Assembly (NCBI GenBank): GCA_030390025.1
Contig: CM059431.1
Span: 141,300,001-141,364,000 of the forward strand
Reading direction: 5' to 3'
DNA length: 64,000 nucleotides
Origin: Squalus acanthias
Lineage: Eukaryota
Of this stretch, positions 52,801-62,903 are shown one piece after another (positions within the stretch are counted from its first letter, which is position 1; every line of letters starts with the position of its first letter). Both the position numbers and the translations under genes were made by a program. Below the pieces are notes generated by a model, which worked only from the letters and a program-made list of their open reading frames with translations, was not told the DNA's origin and did not search any database.

Positions 52801-55214
52801 ACCAGTCTCATTACACAATTCAAGATCTAAAATAGCCTGTTCCCTGGTTGGTTCCATGACATATTGTTCCAAGAATCTGTCCCGAATGCGTTCCATGAAC
52901 TCGTCCTCCAGACTACCTTTGGCAACTTGATTTGTACAGTCGATATGAAGATTAAAGTCCCCCAACATTATTGCATTAACTTTGTTACAAGCTCCTACAA
53001 GTTCTTGATTAATATTCTTTCCAACGGTATAGCTGCTGTTAGAGGGGCCTATATGCTACTCATATCAATGTTTTCTGCCCCTTGTTATTCCTTATCTCCA
53101 CCCATACCGGTTCTACTTCCAGATCTTCCAAGCCGAGATCCTTTCGCGCTACTGTCCTTATGTCATCCTTTATTACCAGGGCTCCTCCCCCTCCTTTTCC
53201 ATTCTGCCTGTCTTTTCGAAACGTCAAGTACCCTGGGACATTTAGTTCCCAAACTTGGCCAGCTAGCAACATATCTCTGGAATGGCTATTAGATAAAAAC
53301 CATTTATCTCAATTTTTGCCACTAATGTGTCTATCTTGTTACGAAAGCTTCGTGCATTCAAATAAACAGCCTTGAATTTAATGTTTTTACCACTATTCCC
53401 TGCTTTGACCTTAATCTTTGCTGCACTGCTACCATTAAACTCTCAACTCCCTTCCTGTCACACTCTGCTTATTTTTTTTGTTACCAAATCGCTACATTGC
53501 TCTATTGCCTTGACCTTTCTCTTTAGATTTCTAAATTTCTCCTCATCTCACCCCTCCCCCCTTCTTTTTTATTTTAGAGACCTATCTACAGCCCTAGTTA
53601 TTCGATTCGCCAAGACGCTGGTTCCAGCTCGGTTTAAGTGGAGCCCGTTCCGACGGAACAGCTCCCTCTTTCCCAGTACTGGTGCCAGTGCCCCTTGAAT
53701 TGAAACCCCTTTTTTCCTACGCCACTCTTTGAGCCATGCACTTATCTCTCTGATCTGCTTGACCCTATGCCAATTTGCGCGTGGCTCAGTTAGTAATCCA
53801 GAGATTATTACCTTGTTGTTCTACTTATTAATTTAGACCCTAGCTCCTCAAAATCACTCAGCAGAACCTCATTCCTAGTTCTACCTATTACGTTGGTTCC
53901 TACATGGAACACGGCAACCGGATTCTCCCTCTCCCACTCCAATTTTTTCTCCAGCCGCGAGGAGATATCCTTAAACCTGGCAACGGGCAGGCAACACAGC
54001 GTTCGGGAAACTCTTTCACGGCTGCAGAGAAATAATCTATCCCCCTGACTATACTGCCCCTACTACTACCACATTCCTTCCTTCTCCCCCCACTTGGATG
54101 GCCCCCTTTCACACAGTGCCGTGGTCAGTTTGCCCGTCCTCCCTGCAGCCCTTTTCCTCATCCAAAGAGGTAGAAAGTACCTTGTACCTGTTGGACAAGG
54201 TCCAGGGCTGAGGCTCCTCCATCACTACATCCTGGGTCCCCATACCTTCCTGACTCGCAGTCACACCCTCCTGTCCCTGACCACTGACGAATTCTAAAGT
54301 ACTACTTAACCTAAAGGGTGTGACTGCCTCCTGGAACAAAGTGTCCAGGTAACTCTCCCCCTCCCGCATGCATCGCAATGTCTGCAGCTCGTACTCCAGC
54401 TCAACAATTCTGAGCCGAAGTTTCTCGAGTTGCAGACACTTACTGCAGATGTGATTTCTCGGGATCGCGATGCTCTACACAAACTCCCACATGCTGCAGT
54501 TACGACACACTGCCTGCCCGGCCATCTCTAGCCTTTTTTTATTTATTAATTACTTAGCTTAAGATTTTATTCAATCGATATTTTAGGTTTATTGTTTGAT
54601 TGTTTTATTTAGTTTAAGTTATTAATGTAATAAATACTAGCAGGTTACAGTTTCTCAGCTCTTAAATTAACCCCATTCCCTAACTTATGGAGCAAAACAG
54701 AGCAACTGATGATCTTAACGTGAATGCGGATCACCAGGGAAGTGCTCATGACTCCGTCGTCCTCCAGCACTCGGACTTATATGGTGCCCACAGCACATTG
54801 CCTCCAGGATCCACATGGATGTTGGATGACAAGGGCTGCCCGCTAAAACCGTGGCTGATGACACCATACCGCAGGACAAATAATGAGGCAAAGGGGAGAT
54901 ACAACCGGGTACACGTGTCACACAGAAAGTGGTGGAGAGGACAACTGGGCTTCTGAAATCACGCTTCCGTTGCCTGGACAGGATAGGCGGAACTTCGCAG
55001 TACTCTCCTGTGAAACTGTCAAGGATTGTGGTGGCATGTTGCGCATTACACAACTTTGCCCTCTGGAAGGACTGACCTTAACGCTACAGACGAGATCCCC
55101 GTGGAAATGGAGGACACGGAGGATGCCAACATTGATGCACCTGTGGCCAGGCTTGATGGGGAGGAACCAAGCCCTGCAAGAGAACAGCTAGTAGCCAACA
55201 CGTTTACAAGGTGA
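49867..55214 (+). pseudogene. Harbinger DDE transposase (HARBI1-like) pseudogene in two pieces: 49867-50486 and 54700-55214
   Basis: RLRFSKEAI, LNFFACGS, GFPKVIGAVDGNHV, YINRKGFHSFNIIVICD | EQLMIL-NVNADHQGSAHDS, DDKGCPLKPWLMTPY, VVERTTGLLKSRFRCL, IVVACCALHNFA; premature TAA at 50116-50118 plus frameshifts. Confidence 0.93.
50487..54699 (-). mobile_element. Near full-length CR1 LINE (about 4.2 kb): ORF1 (zinc finger, leucine zipper, esterase remnant) and ORF2 (EN-RT), decayed
   Basis: ORF1 from about 54525: MAGQAVCRNCSMWE…ICSKCLQLEKLRLRIVELEYELQTL, SIVRGID; ORF2 EN LGDFNLHID/NDHNMIEF, KSPGPDGLHPRVLKE, RT and C-terminus; tail at 50487. Confidence 0.93.
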
Positions 55215-55644
55215 TGATTGTGTCGCCTCTTACCTCCCCCTCCCCCAGCAAGGCACAGAAAAGAACACACACAATATAAAGTGAAACAGTGAACTTTTAT
55301 TGCAACATCAAAGATGTTTGACGAACTTTTTTGATGTTCTTAGTCTTTAAATGCAAATAGCTAGCTTTTTTCTACTTTCTATAAATTGTAATGATAAACT
55401 GGTTGATAAAAAATGTAAACAGTTTAAAGTGCATTTTTGTGTTACTTAGTTCAATAAAGATGTAAACTAGATTTTTTCTACTTTTTAAACAGTTGTAATG
55501 TTAAATTGTTTTTAATAAAAAGAGTTAAAATACTTTAAAGAGACTACAGGTATAAATATGAAACGAAATGTTTACATACACTATCAGTCACAAATATAAA
55601 TTTCAAGAATTAAAACAACACCAACAATTAAATAATAGGAAACA

Positions 55645-57439
55645 TTAAAGAATTGAACGATATGCCCCCTCGCATCTGTGACTGAGGGTTGAAGGAGATG
55701 GATTGTGCAGAAGGAGGCACTCTACTCTCTCCTGCTCTTCCCCTTCCATGTGACCGGAGCCCTTTAATGCCAAGGGCATGACCTCAGTGCGCCATCTCTT
55801 GCTCTTCACCAGTTGACTCCTGGCAGGGTTACTGCTGCTGCTGAAAAGTAACATTTGCTTCCACCATAATTGGCGGAGCTGCTGACTCCTGGCGTTGCAC
55901 TGTGTCTGCGCTGGGAGCAGGCAAGGGGGTTTCTGAGGGAGTCACATTAATGGCAGCCGAACCTGCTGTCCTCAACTGGATTAGTTGACCCAGAGACCCT
56001 TTAACCTGATTAATCGTCTGATGAACATGGCTCACCACCTCAGAAATGCTGTGTAAAGCCATGACGATCTCAGTAAAAATTGTCTGTGCAGTTTTGCCGA
56101 ACTGATTGATGGTCTGTAGACCTCTGTCCAACCTATTGCACATATTGCTCCAAGAACATCAATCCCCTGCCTGATAGAGGCAAGAGAGTCAAGTTTCTTC
56201 CCATGAAGAGTGAGCATTTCTCGCCTCAACCCTGCAATCTGTTGCACCTGAGTTTCTAAATCATTCTGCTGCGCGAAACGTCTAGCTGCTTCTAGCGACT
56301 GCTCTGCAGTATAAAGTCGGTGACTGGCTTTGGGACGACAGTCATCTGTGCCTCTCACAGAGCCAGAGGGGCCAGGAGATGGAGAGGGGGTGTGCAGTGT
56401 TTCATCATGGTCAAGATTCCCACTTCGCTCGGCCACCAACCCAGGTTCCAGACCGTCCCCTTCCACTAGCTGACACTCCACAAATTCCTCTTCCTCCGCC
56501 TCACTTACTGTTCGCATTTGATCTGTGACCCCTTCCCCAATGCCCCTGCAGCCGCAGACTCGCTGCACTGTTCATCCCGTGTGTACGAAGACAGCTTTCC
56601 ACCTGTAGGAAGGGAACAGTAAACAGCACCACCGGCTTTCAAGGTACCATCTCTGGCGTTATGTGCCATTTTACACTGAATTGAAAACAGAAATGAAAAT
56701 GAAATTCAGTATTCCTGTAGAGACCACCCACCTGCTGCCGAAACAGGGCCAGATGCTGCTTTGGAGCCTGGGTATTTTTCACTAATTGAAATTTCACACC
56801 TCAAATCTGCGGAGTACAGATACGATGTTTACAAGCACAATAGATGACCCTGACCGACTCCAAAACCATTACATTTTACTACTAGCTCAGATGCCTAGCT
56901 AATGAAGTCACTTCGCAACAGCTATGCAACTAAACATGTTTTAAAATAGTAAAGTTAAATTTTATCAAGATTTACATTTGACATTTCTAAGAAGTGCACA
57001 ATCCCTGGCAGATCGCATCAAATCATTATATTTTTGCGGCATTGTTCCGCTGTCCGTGGAATGGTGGTGTGAGCGCAAACAGCCTCGGCCACTTCTGTCC
57101 AAGCTGTCATTTGTCCTTTCTGCGGGGCTCTGGGCTTCCTGGTCCCAATGATCCACAGTTGCTTCACCTCAACCTCACTGTGGAAATTGCTGATATCATC
57201 GTCAGTGAAATTCTGAGCTCTCTTCATCATCACAAATATGCCTTCTCCTTCCATTTCACGTTGCTGTTTAAATAAAATTATTGAAAATTATTTTAAAGTT
57301 TTTAAAACACTTTAAATTGCTTTAAATCTCTTCAATATTCTTTAAAATTATTTAAAATTCTTCAAATCCATGTAAAAGTCTTTAACATTTTCTAAAAGTT
57401 TACAAAAGTTTTTTAAACCTATAAAAAAGAACTTACCAT
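55645..57439 (-). pseudogene. Harbinger Myb/SANT-like DNA-binding protein gene (NAIF1/MSANTD-like), spliced, frameshifted
   Basis: ATG|GTAAGT at 57439-57431, acceptor TTTTAAACAG| at 57263 in frame; KRAQNFTDDD…AWTEVAEAVCAHTTIPRTAEQCRK(K)YNDLMRSAR; second acceptor TTTTCAATTCAG| at 56675, then CKMAHNAR…AGG; acidic, coiled-coil-like C-terminal part. 3' end approximate. Confidence 0.88.
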
Positions 57440-57724
57440 TAAGACTTACAGCTTCTTTTAATGCTGAAGGCTCTGAGAGTGTTTAAAAATCGGGGGCGTG
57501 GCCTATGCAAATATAGAATTTTGACTGGTCTTGTGGGCGGGTCTCACGTACGCATGAAGCCCGCGGCTCCGCGCACGCTGCGCTCCTGGGCGGCGTGACG
57601 TCACACGCTGCCGAGACAAAGTCCGACTCTCCGTGTGGGGACAGCTGCAGGTAGGCGCTGATTTATTTTGCTGTTCGGAGGCGTTCGCCCGCGGGAAGCC
57701 TCCGACCACAAATTCAGGGTCGGT

Positions 57725-58030
57725 ACCAGTATAAGTGACCATAAAGCTGTCGGACTGTATTAAAAACCAAACTGGTTCTCTGAGGTCCATTTAGGGAAGG
57801 AAACCTGCCGTCCTTACCCGCTCTGGGCGCCTATATGTGATTCGAGTACCACAATAACGTGATTGATTCTAAACGATCCCCTGAATTGGACCTAAACATT
57901 CACTCGATTGTTTGAAACCCGCTACCAGCAGTTCAAGAAAAGGCCCACGACCATCACCTTTTCTCAGGCCAACTAGGACGAGCAATAAATGTCGACTTTG
58001 CCAGCGACACCCACATCTCCAGAACGAATA
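57725..58030 (+). mobile_element. 3' end of the LINE family seen at 43914-45112 (or a SINE sharing it)
   Basis: CAGCAGTTCAAGAAAAGGCCCACGACCATCACC…GGCCAACTAGGACGAGCAATAAATG…CCCACATC matches the reverse complement of 43920-44020. Confidence 0.7.
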
Positions 58031-58182
58031 ATAAGCAAACATTGTAAAGATTAGATTGAATTCTCCCTTGGTGACTGTGATATGAATCTCAGCTTCGAAC
58101 AGGGTGTGGAGGGGAATTACTGTCAGGATTAGAGCGAAAAATCACTGTTTGTGGACTTTGCTCAGGGTGTTTTTGTTAACAG

Positions 58183-58227
58183 GACAAACATTCAACTGAG
58201 TAACTTCAGAAGGTGCTGCGGTACAAG
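58183..58227 (+). other. Candidate 45-nt 5'-UTR exon of the downstream NLR-like gene
   Basis: Acceptor TTTTTGTTAACAG| and donor AAG|GTAGGA in non-repeat sequence. Confidence 0.4.
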
Positions 58228-58389
58228 GTAGGAACAAAGCAAATTATGAGAGCATGTATATTATGGGTTTATATAGCTTATAATCTGAAAATCAGTACAT
58301 TTATCCCAGTAATATAATTTTGGAATTGAAAGGCATAATGTGTTATGTGTTTGTCAGATCACTGCAACGTTCTTTTAAAAGAAAAGACA

Positions 58390-58775
58390 AGGGATGGTCT
58401 ATTTGAGGTGTTTAAGATGATTAAATGAGGTGATAGTTTGATACGGTAGATAGAGCGAAACCAGCTTTCCTCTGGTGAGGAAGTCCAGAACAAAGGGGTC
58501 ATAAACTTAAATTAGAGCTAGGCCGTTCGGGAGTGATGTCAGGCAGCATCTCTTCAGACAAAGGGAGGTGGAAATCTGGAACTCTCTCCCCCAAAAAGCT
58601 GTTGAGGCTGGTGATCAATTGAATGTTTCAAAACTGAGATTGATAGATTTTTGTTGAGTAAGGGCATTAAAGGTTACGGAACCAAGGTGGGTGGATGGAG
58701 TTAAGATACAGTTCAGCCGTGAATTAATTTAATGGAGGAACAGGCTCGAGGGGCTGAATGGCTCCTGTTCCTATA
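58390..58775 (+). mobile_element. CR1 LINE 3' fragment
   Basis: Degenerate ORF2 C-terminus and 3' UTR ending GAATGGCTCCTGTTCCTAT. Confidence 0.85.
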
Positions 58776-60045
58776 TCCCTGTCCCTAAGTCACTATGACC
58801 CGAAGTCACTGTGTCCCCCTTTCACTCTGTCCCTATGTGTCTATATCCCGAAGTTCCTATGTTCCTATGTCCCTCTTTCACTCTGACCGCCTGTCATTAA
58901 TCCTTCTTTACCTCTGTCTCTATATCTCCATATCCCTATTTTCCTACGTCCCTCTGTCCCTCTGTCCGTATGTCCCTCATACACTCTGTCTCCATGTCTC
59001 TATATACCTATGTTCCTATGTCCCTTTGTCCCTATGGTCCTCTGTGCCTCTGTCGCCCTGATCCTATGCCCCACCTCCCCTCTGTCCCCCTGTCCCTATG
59101 TCCCCCCTTCCCTCTGTCCCCTTGTCCCTATGTCCTCTTTTCCTCTGTCCCAATGCCGTTATGTCTCTAAGTCCCTTTGTCTAATTTCCCCTATGTCGCT
59201 ATGTCTCTACGTCCTCCTGTCCCTTTGCCCCCTTTCCCCCTGTACCTCTGTTCCCTGTCCCCTTGTACCTCTGCCCCCAGTCCCCCTTTCTCTCTGTCCC
59301 CCTGTAACTCTGTTCCCTGACCACCTGTACCTCTGCCCTCTGTCCCCCTGTACCTCTGCCCCCTGTCCCCATGTACCTCTGCCCCCAGCCCCCTGTCTCT
59401 CTATCCTCTGTCCCCTGTACCTCTGTTTCCTGTCCCCCTGTACCCCTGCCCTCTGTCCCCCAGTACCTTTGCCCCCGTGCCCCTGCCTCACTGTCCCCGT
59501 CCCCATGTACCTCTACGCCCTGTCATCATGTACCTATGTTGCTATGCCTCTATTTCCCTATGTCCTTCTTTTCCTCTGTTGCACAGCACCCCCGTGTCAT
59601 GTCCCTCTGTTGCCCAGCCCCTCTGCCCCCCTGTCCCCATCTCCCCATGTGCCTCTGTCCCTCTGTCCCATGTCCCCTTGTCCCCTGTCTCTCTGCCCCC
59701 TGTCCCCATGTCCCTCTGTTTCTATGCCTCTATTTCTCTATGTGCTTCTGTCTCTTTGTTGTCCTGTACCCCTGTCCCCTGTTCTTCTGCCCACTGTCCC
59801 CATGTCCCTCTGTCCCTCTAACACCGTCCCCCTGTCCCTCTGCCTCCTGATCCGCTGTCTCTCTGTCTCTCTGTCCCCGTCTCCATGTACCTCTGCCCCC
59901 TGTCCGAATGTACCTCTGTTGCTATGCCTCTATTTCCCTATGTCCAACAGTCCCTCTGTTGCCCTGCCCCCTCCCCCCTGTGCCATGTCCCTATGGCCCT
60001 CTTTCCCACTGTCCCTATGTCCCATGTCAATATGTCCCTCTGTGA
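58776..60045. repeat. C/T-rich degenerate 7-8 bp tandem repeat (CCTATGTC/CCTCTGTC) continuing the CR1 tail
   Basis: Starts directly at the CR1 3' terminus and includes TTCCTATGTTCCTATG units. Confidence 0.88.
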
Positions 60046-60424
60046 AAATGCTACTTTTCAGGGTTGGCATGGCGACCGACATCTCCCCTCATCACTCGAT
60101 GATCAAATAAAAGGCTTGTTTTGAAAATACCCCTACAGGCAAGCATGGTGCCAGGTCTGATCTCTTGTCCCTGCTGCCTTAGCCCAAAGTGGGTGGTGGG
60201 GGAAATCTTGGAATGGAGGAGGGAAAATAAAATGTCCCCTTATTTTTCCATGTCTGGTATCCTTGCAGTTGCCCCTGTGCTGGTTAACTGCCCCGTTTTA
60301 AAATCTTTGAGCAGGAAACATGCTCGAAAGTGATGGCTCCAACTCTCCATGAACCGGCCAGCACTTGCGGGGCACGTTGCTGCTAGGCTTCAGCGTGTGG
60401 ACAACCAATGCAGAACTCCATTTC

Positions 60425-60850
60425 TATTGTGCTATTCACGAGCTCATGACGTCCCAAAGTGCTTAACACCCAATGAAATACTTCATTTGTTGTAATGTAG
60501 GGAAACGCGGCAGCCACTTTCCACACTGCAAGCTCGCACATACACCAATGTGATATTGACAATCTGTATCCGTGCTTTTAGTTGATTGCTAAATATTTGT
60601 CCTGGACACTGGATATAACTGCTCTGCTCTTCATCAAAATAGTGCTGTGGAATCTTTTCTGTCCAAGTGAGAGGGCAGACAGTACCACGGTGTAACGTCT
60701 CATCCGAACATGGCACCCGAACATTGCAGCGAGCTGATCGGCCTCTGTGCACCTCGGTAGTGACTCTGAGTGTCAGTCTGGATTTTTGTGCTCAACTTTC
60801 TGGGTTGGGATTTTGAACCCATGACCTTCTGACTCAGGGGCGAGAGCTCT
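60425..60850 (-). mobile_element. Deu-domain tRNA-SINE
   Basis: Reverse complement of head (TTTGAACCCATGACCTTCTGACTCAG), core and tail; another 3' fragment on plus at about 61200-61357. Confidence 0.8.
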
Positions 60851-61719
60851 ATAATGAAAACAGAGGAGAGATAAACAGAGTTAATGTTTCCAGTAAATGA
60901 CCTCCCGTCACATAGTAAGCCAAGAATGATAGTCACTAATCCAATTTGGAGTTGGCTCGATGTGTTAGTCACTCTTTGTGTGATAATGAACTCCTGATGA
61001 CATCTGCCAATTGCTTTAGGCCGAGAAACATTGAATCTCTGAATTTACGGTGCCTGTGGAGGGTTTAGAATCGCTGTTACCCACGCCCCTCGTGGTAGTC
61101 ACAGTTATTGCCTTGGAATATGCTCATTCTCAGACCCCAAATCGTGAGGGGAATTCAATAGTCCAACTGGATAAAGTTAGGGCCTCACTGCAATGTAATT
61201 GATGTTTGTGGGACCTTGCTGTGCACACATTAGCTCCCATGATTCCCTACGTTACAACAGTGACTGAACGTAAAGAAGTACGTCATTGGGTGTAACGCGC
61301 GTTGGGAGGTCCTGATGTCTTGAAAGGTGCGATATAATTACAAGTTCTTTCTTTCCTTCCAGCGAGTAATATTGGATTTGCACTCGGTTGTCTTTCTCCC
61401 GACGGACGGATCAGGAGGAAATTGGCACCCTTAATATGTCCGTAAGTGAGAGAGTTGTGAAACAATAATTAAATTATAACCTCAATAATGAAAATGGAAA
61501 GAAATGAAGAGAGATCTCAATAATTCTGCCCGATATAATTTCATAACATCGAATTGTGATATCTACAAACTAAACTCATTGTCGGTGTAATTTCATTCCA
61601 ATAATGATGCTGAATTAATCCACAAGATAACATTTGTTGATATTTAACTATCATCAGAAGGAGAGATTATGTTTTATTAGATTCTCAGCAGGTGCAATAT
61701 TGTGGCCGAGTGATTGAAA

Positions 61720-61804
61720 ATGGAACCAGAACAATCCACATCCACAGGTGGGAAAGGTGGAAAAGGTACAATTCGAAAAGTGATCAACTATATAACTGCC
61801 AATG
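61720..61804 (+). CDS. First coding exon of a putative NLR (NACHT-LRR) family gene: MEPEQSTSTGGKGGKGTIRKVINYITAN
   Basis: Strong Kozak context GAAAATGG, in-frame upstream TGA at 61711, upstream acceptor TTTTATTAG (61680), phase-1 donor G|GTAAGG matching the next exon. Confidence 0.65.
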
Positions 61805-61894
61805 GTAAGGGAGGAAAAGTAAAACAGGCAGGCATCAGAGGATAGATAGTTATGGCTACATGAATGAGTTAGATGTTAACTTGGCTAACAGGAT

Positions 61895-62530
61895 GGAACA
61901 GAGCAAGAGAGGAGAAGGCCGCCCAGCCCCTATAACCTGTTACATAGGACCAGGAGGAGGCCATTCAGCTCTTTGAGCCCCTTACATAGGAATAGGAGTG
62001 CGCCATTCAGCCCCTGGAATCCGTTACATAGGAATAGAAAGAGGTCAGTGAGCCACTTGACCCTGTAACCCAGGAACAGGAGGACGCCATTCTGCCCCTG
62101 GAACATGTTACATAGGAACCGAAGGAGGCCAGTTATGCACTCGATCCTGTTACATGGTAAGAGGAAGAAGCCAGTTAGTCTCTCGAGCCTATTACATAGG
62201 AACAGGAGCAGGCCATTTACCTCATCGAGCCTATTGCACAGGAACAGGAATAGACCATTTAGCTCTTCGAGCCTGTTACATAGATAAAGAAGTAGACCAT
62301 TCAGCCCTCGAGCCTGTTACATAGGAACAGGAGAATAACATACAACTCTGAGAGCCTATTACGTAGGAGCAGGAGTAGACCATTCAGCCTCTCAACTCTG
62401 TTGCATAGGAGCAAGAGTAGACCATTCAGCCTCACACCACTGTTGCATAGGAGCAGGAGTAGACCATTCAGCCGCTGAAACCTGTTACATAGGAACAGGA
62501 GAAGGCCATTCTGCCCCTCGAACTTGTTCC
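61895..62530. repeat. Diverged 42-bp minisatellite at a CR1 3' end, inside the first coding intron
   Basis: CATAGGAACAGGAG…CCATTCAGCC…GAGCCTGTTA units running into CCACCATTCAGTGAAGTCATGGCTGATCTG (reverse complement of a CR1 3' UTR). Confidence 0.88.
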
Positions 62531-62733
62531 ACCATTCAGTGAAGTCATGGCTGATCTGTATCATAATTCTATTTAGATATTGTTCAAGTGAGATAAAAAA
62601 AGTTGTTTATGGCCAATTTAAAAGTGGTGCCAATCGGTTGACAGTAATAGTTATTTGTACTAATATTCCTATAAATGGATCAGTCATATTTTGTAAATTG
62701 CTATTTTCATTCACATTCGCTTATTTTTTATAG

Positions 62734-62903
62734 CTGAGGATAAAGATGGAATCAGTCAAACACTGGACAGTTACAGTCACACGAAGTTAAACATGATCAC
62801 CCAGTTTTACCGTCAGAGATTAGAGGAGGCGATTTTGGAACTGGTGGAGAATATCGCCCTGGCACTTATGGCCGCAGATTTGTTGAGTGGCGAGGAATAT
62901 GGG
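62734..62903 (+). CDS. Second coding exon, putative helical N-terminal domain of an elasmobranch NLR: (A)EDKDGISQTLDSYSHTKLNMITQFYRQRLEEAILELVENIALALMAADLLSGEEYG; gene continues beyond the window
   Basis: Acceptor TTATTTTTTATAG|, 170 nt open in phase 1 to 0, donor |GTAGGT; motif L..IT.FYR.RLEEAI…V..I…L…SG.E recalls N-termini of shark/ray proteins annotated NLRC3/NLRP3-like. Confidence 0.72.

Larger units (their letters stand above)
49068..57721. mobile_element. PIF/Harbinger DNA transposon (about 4.4 kb without the CR1 insert), formerly autonomous, now decayed
   Basis: Convergent transposase (+) and Myb/SANT (-) genes; CpG-rich subterminal regions; degenerate TIR candidates GGGCCGTATTTTGTGACC (49068) and reverse-complement GACCCTGAATTTGTGGTC (57721), 11/18 match. 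Ends approximate; no clear TSD. Confidence 0.85.

Noticed and set aside
25229..53375. Numerous short ORFs antisense to CR1 (e.g. 25229, 36871, 37711, 51907, 53082)
   Set aside because: Shadow frames of LINE ORF2 with no independent coding evidence.
49867..57439. Domesticated host genes HARBI1/NAIF1
   Set aside because: Premature stop, frameshifts, a mutated splice donor, a LINE insertion and transposon-like convergent layout indicate a dead transposon.
58795..60124. 366-aa Pro/Cys/Leu-rich ORF as a keratin-associated or similar protein
   Set aside because: Low-complexity C/T tract with few stop codons in any frame; continuous with a CR1 tail.
18843..60850. tRNA genes at A/B-box-like motifs
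   Set aside because: All are degenerate SINE heads followed by SINE body; no cloverleaf evident.
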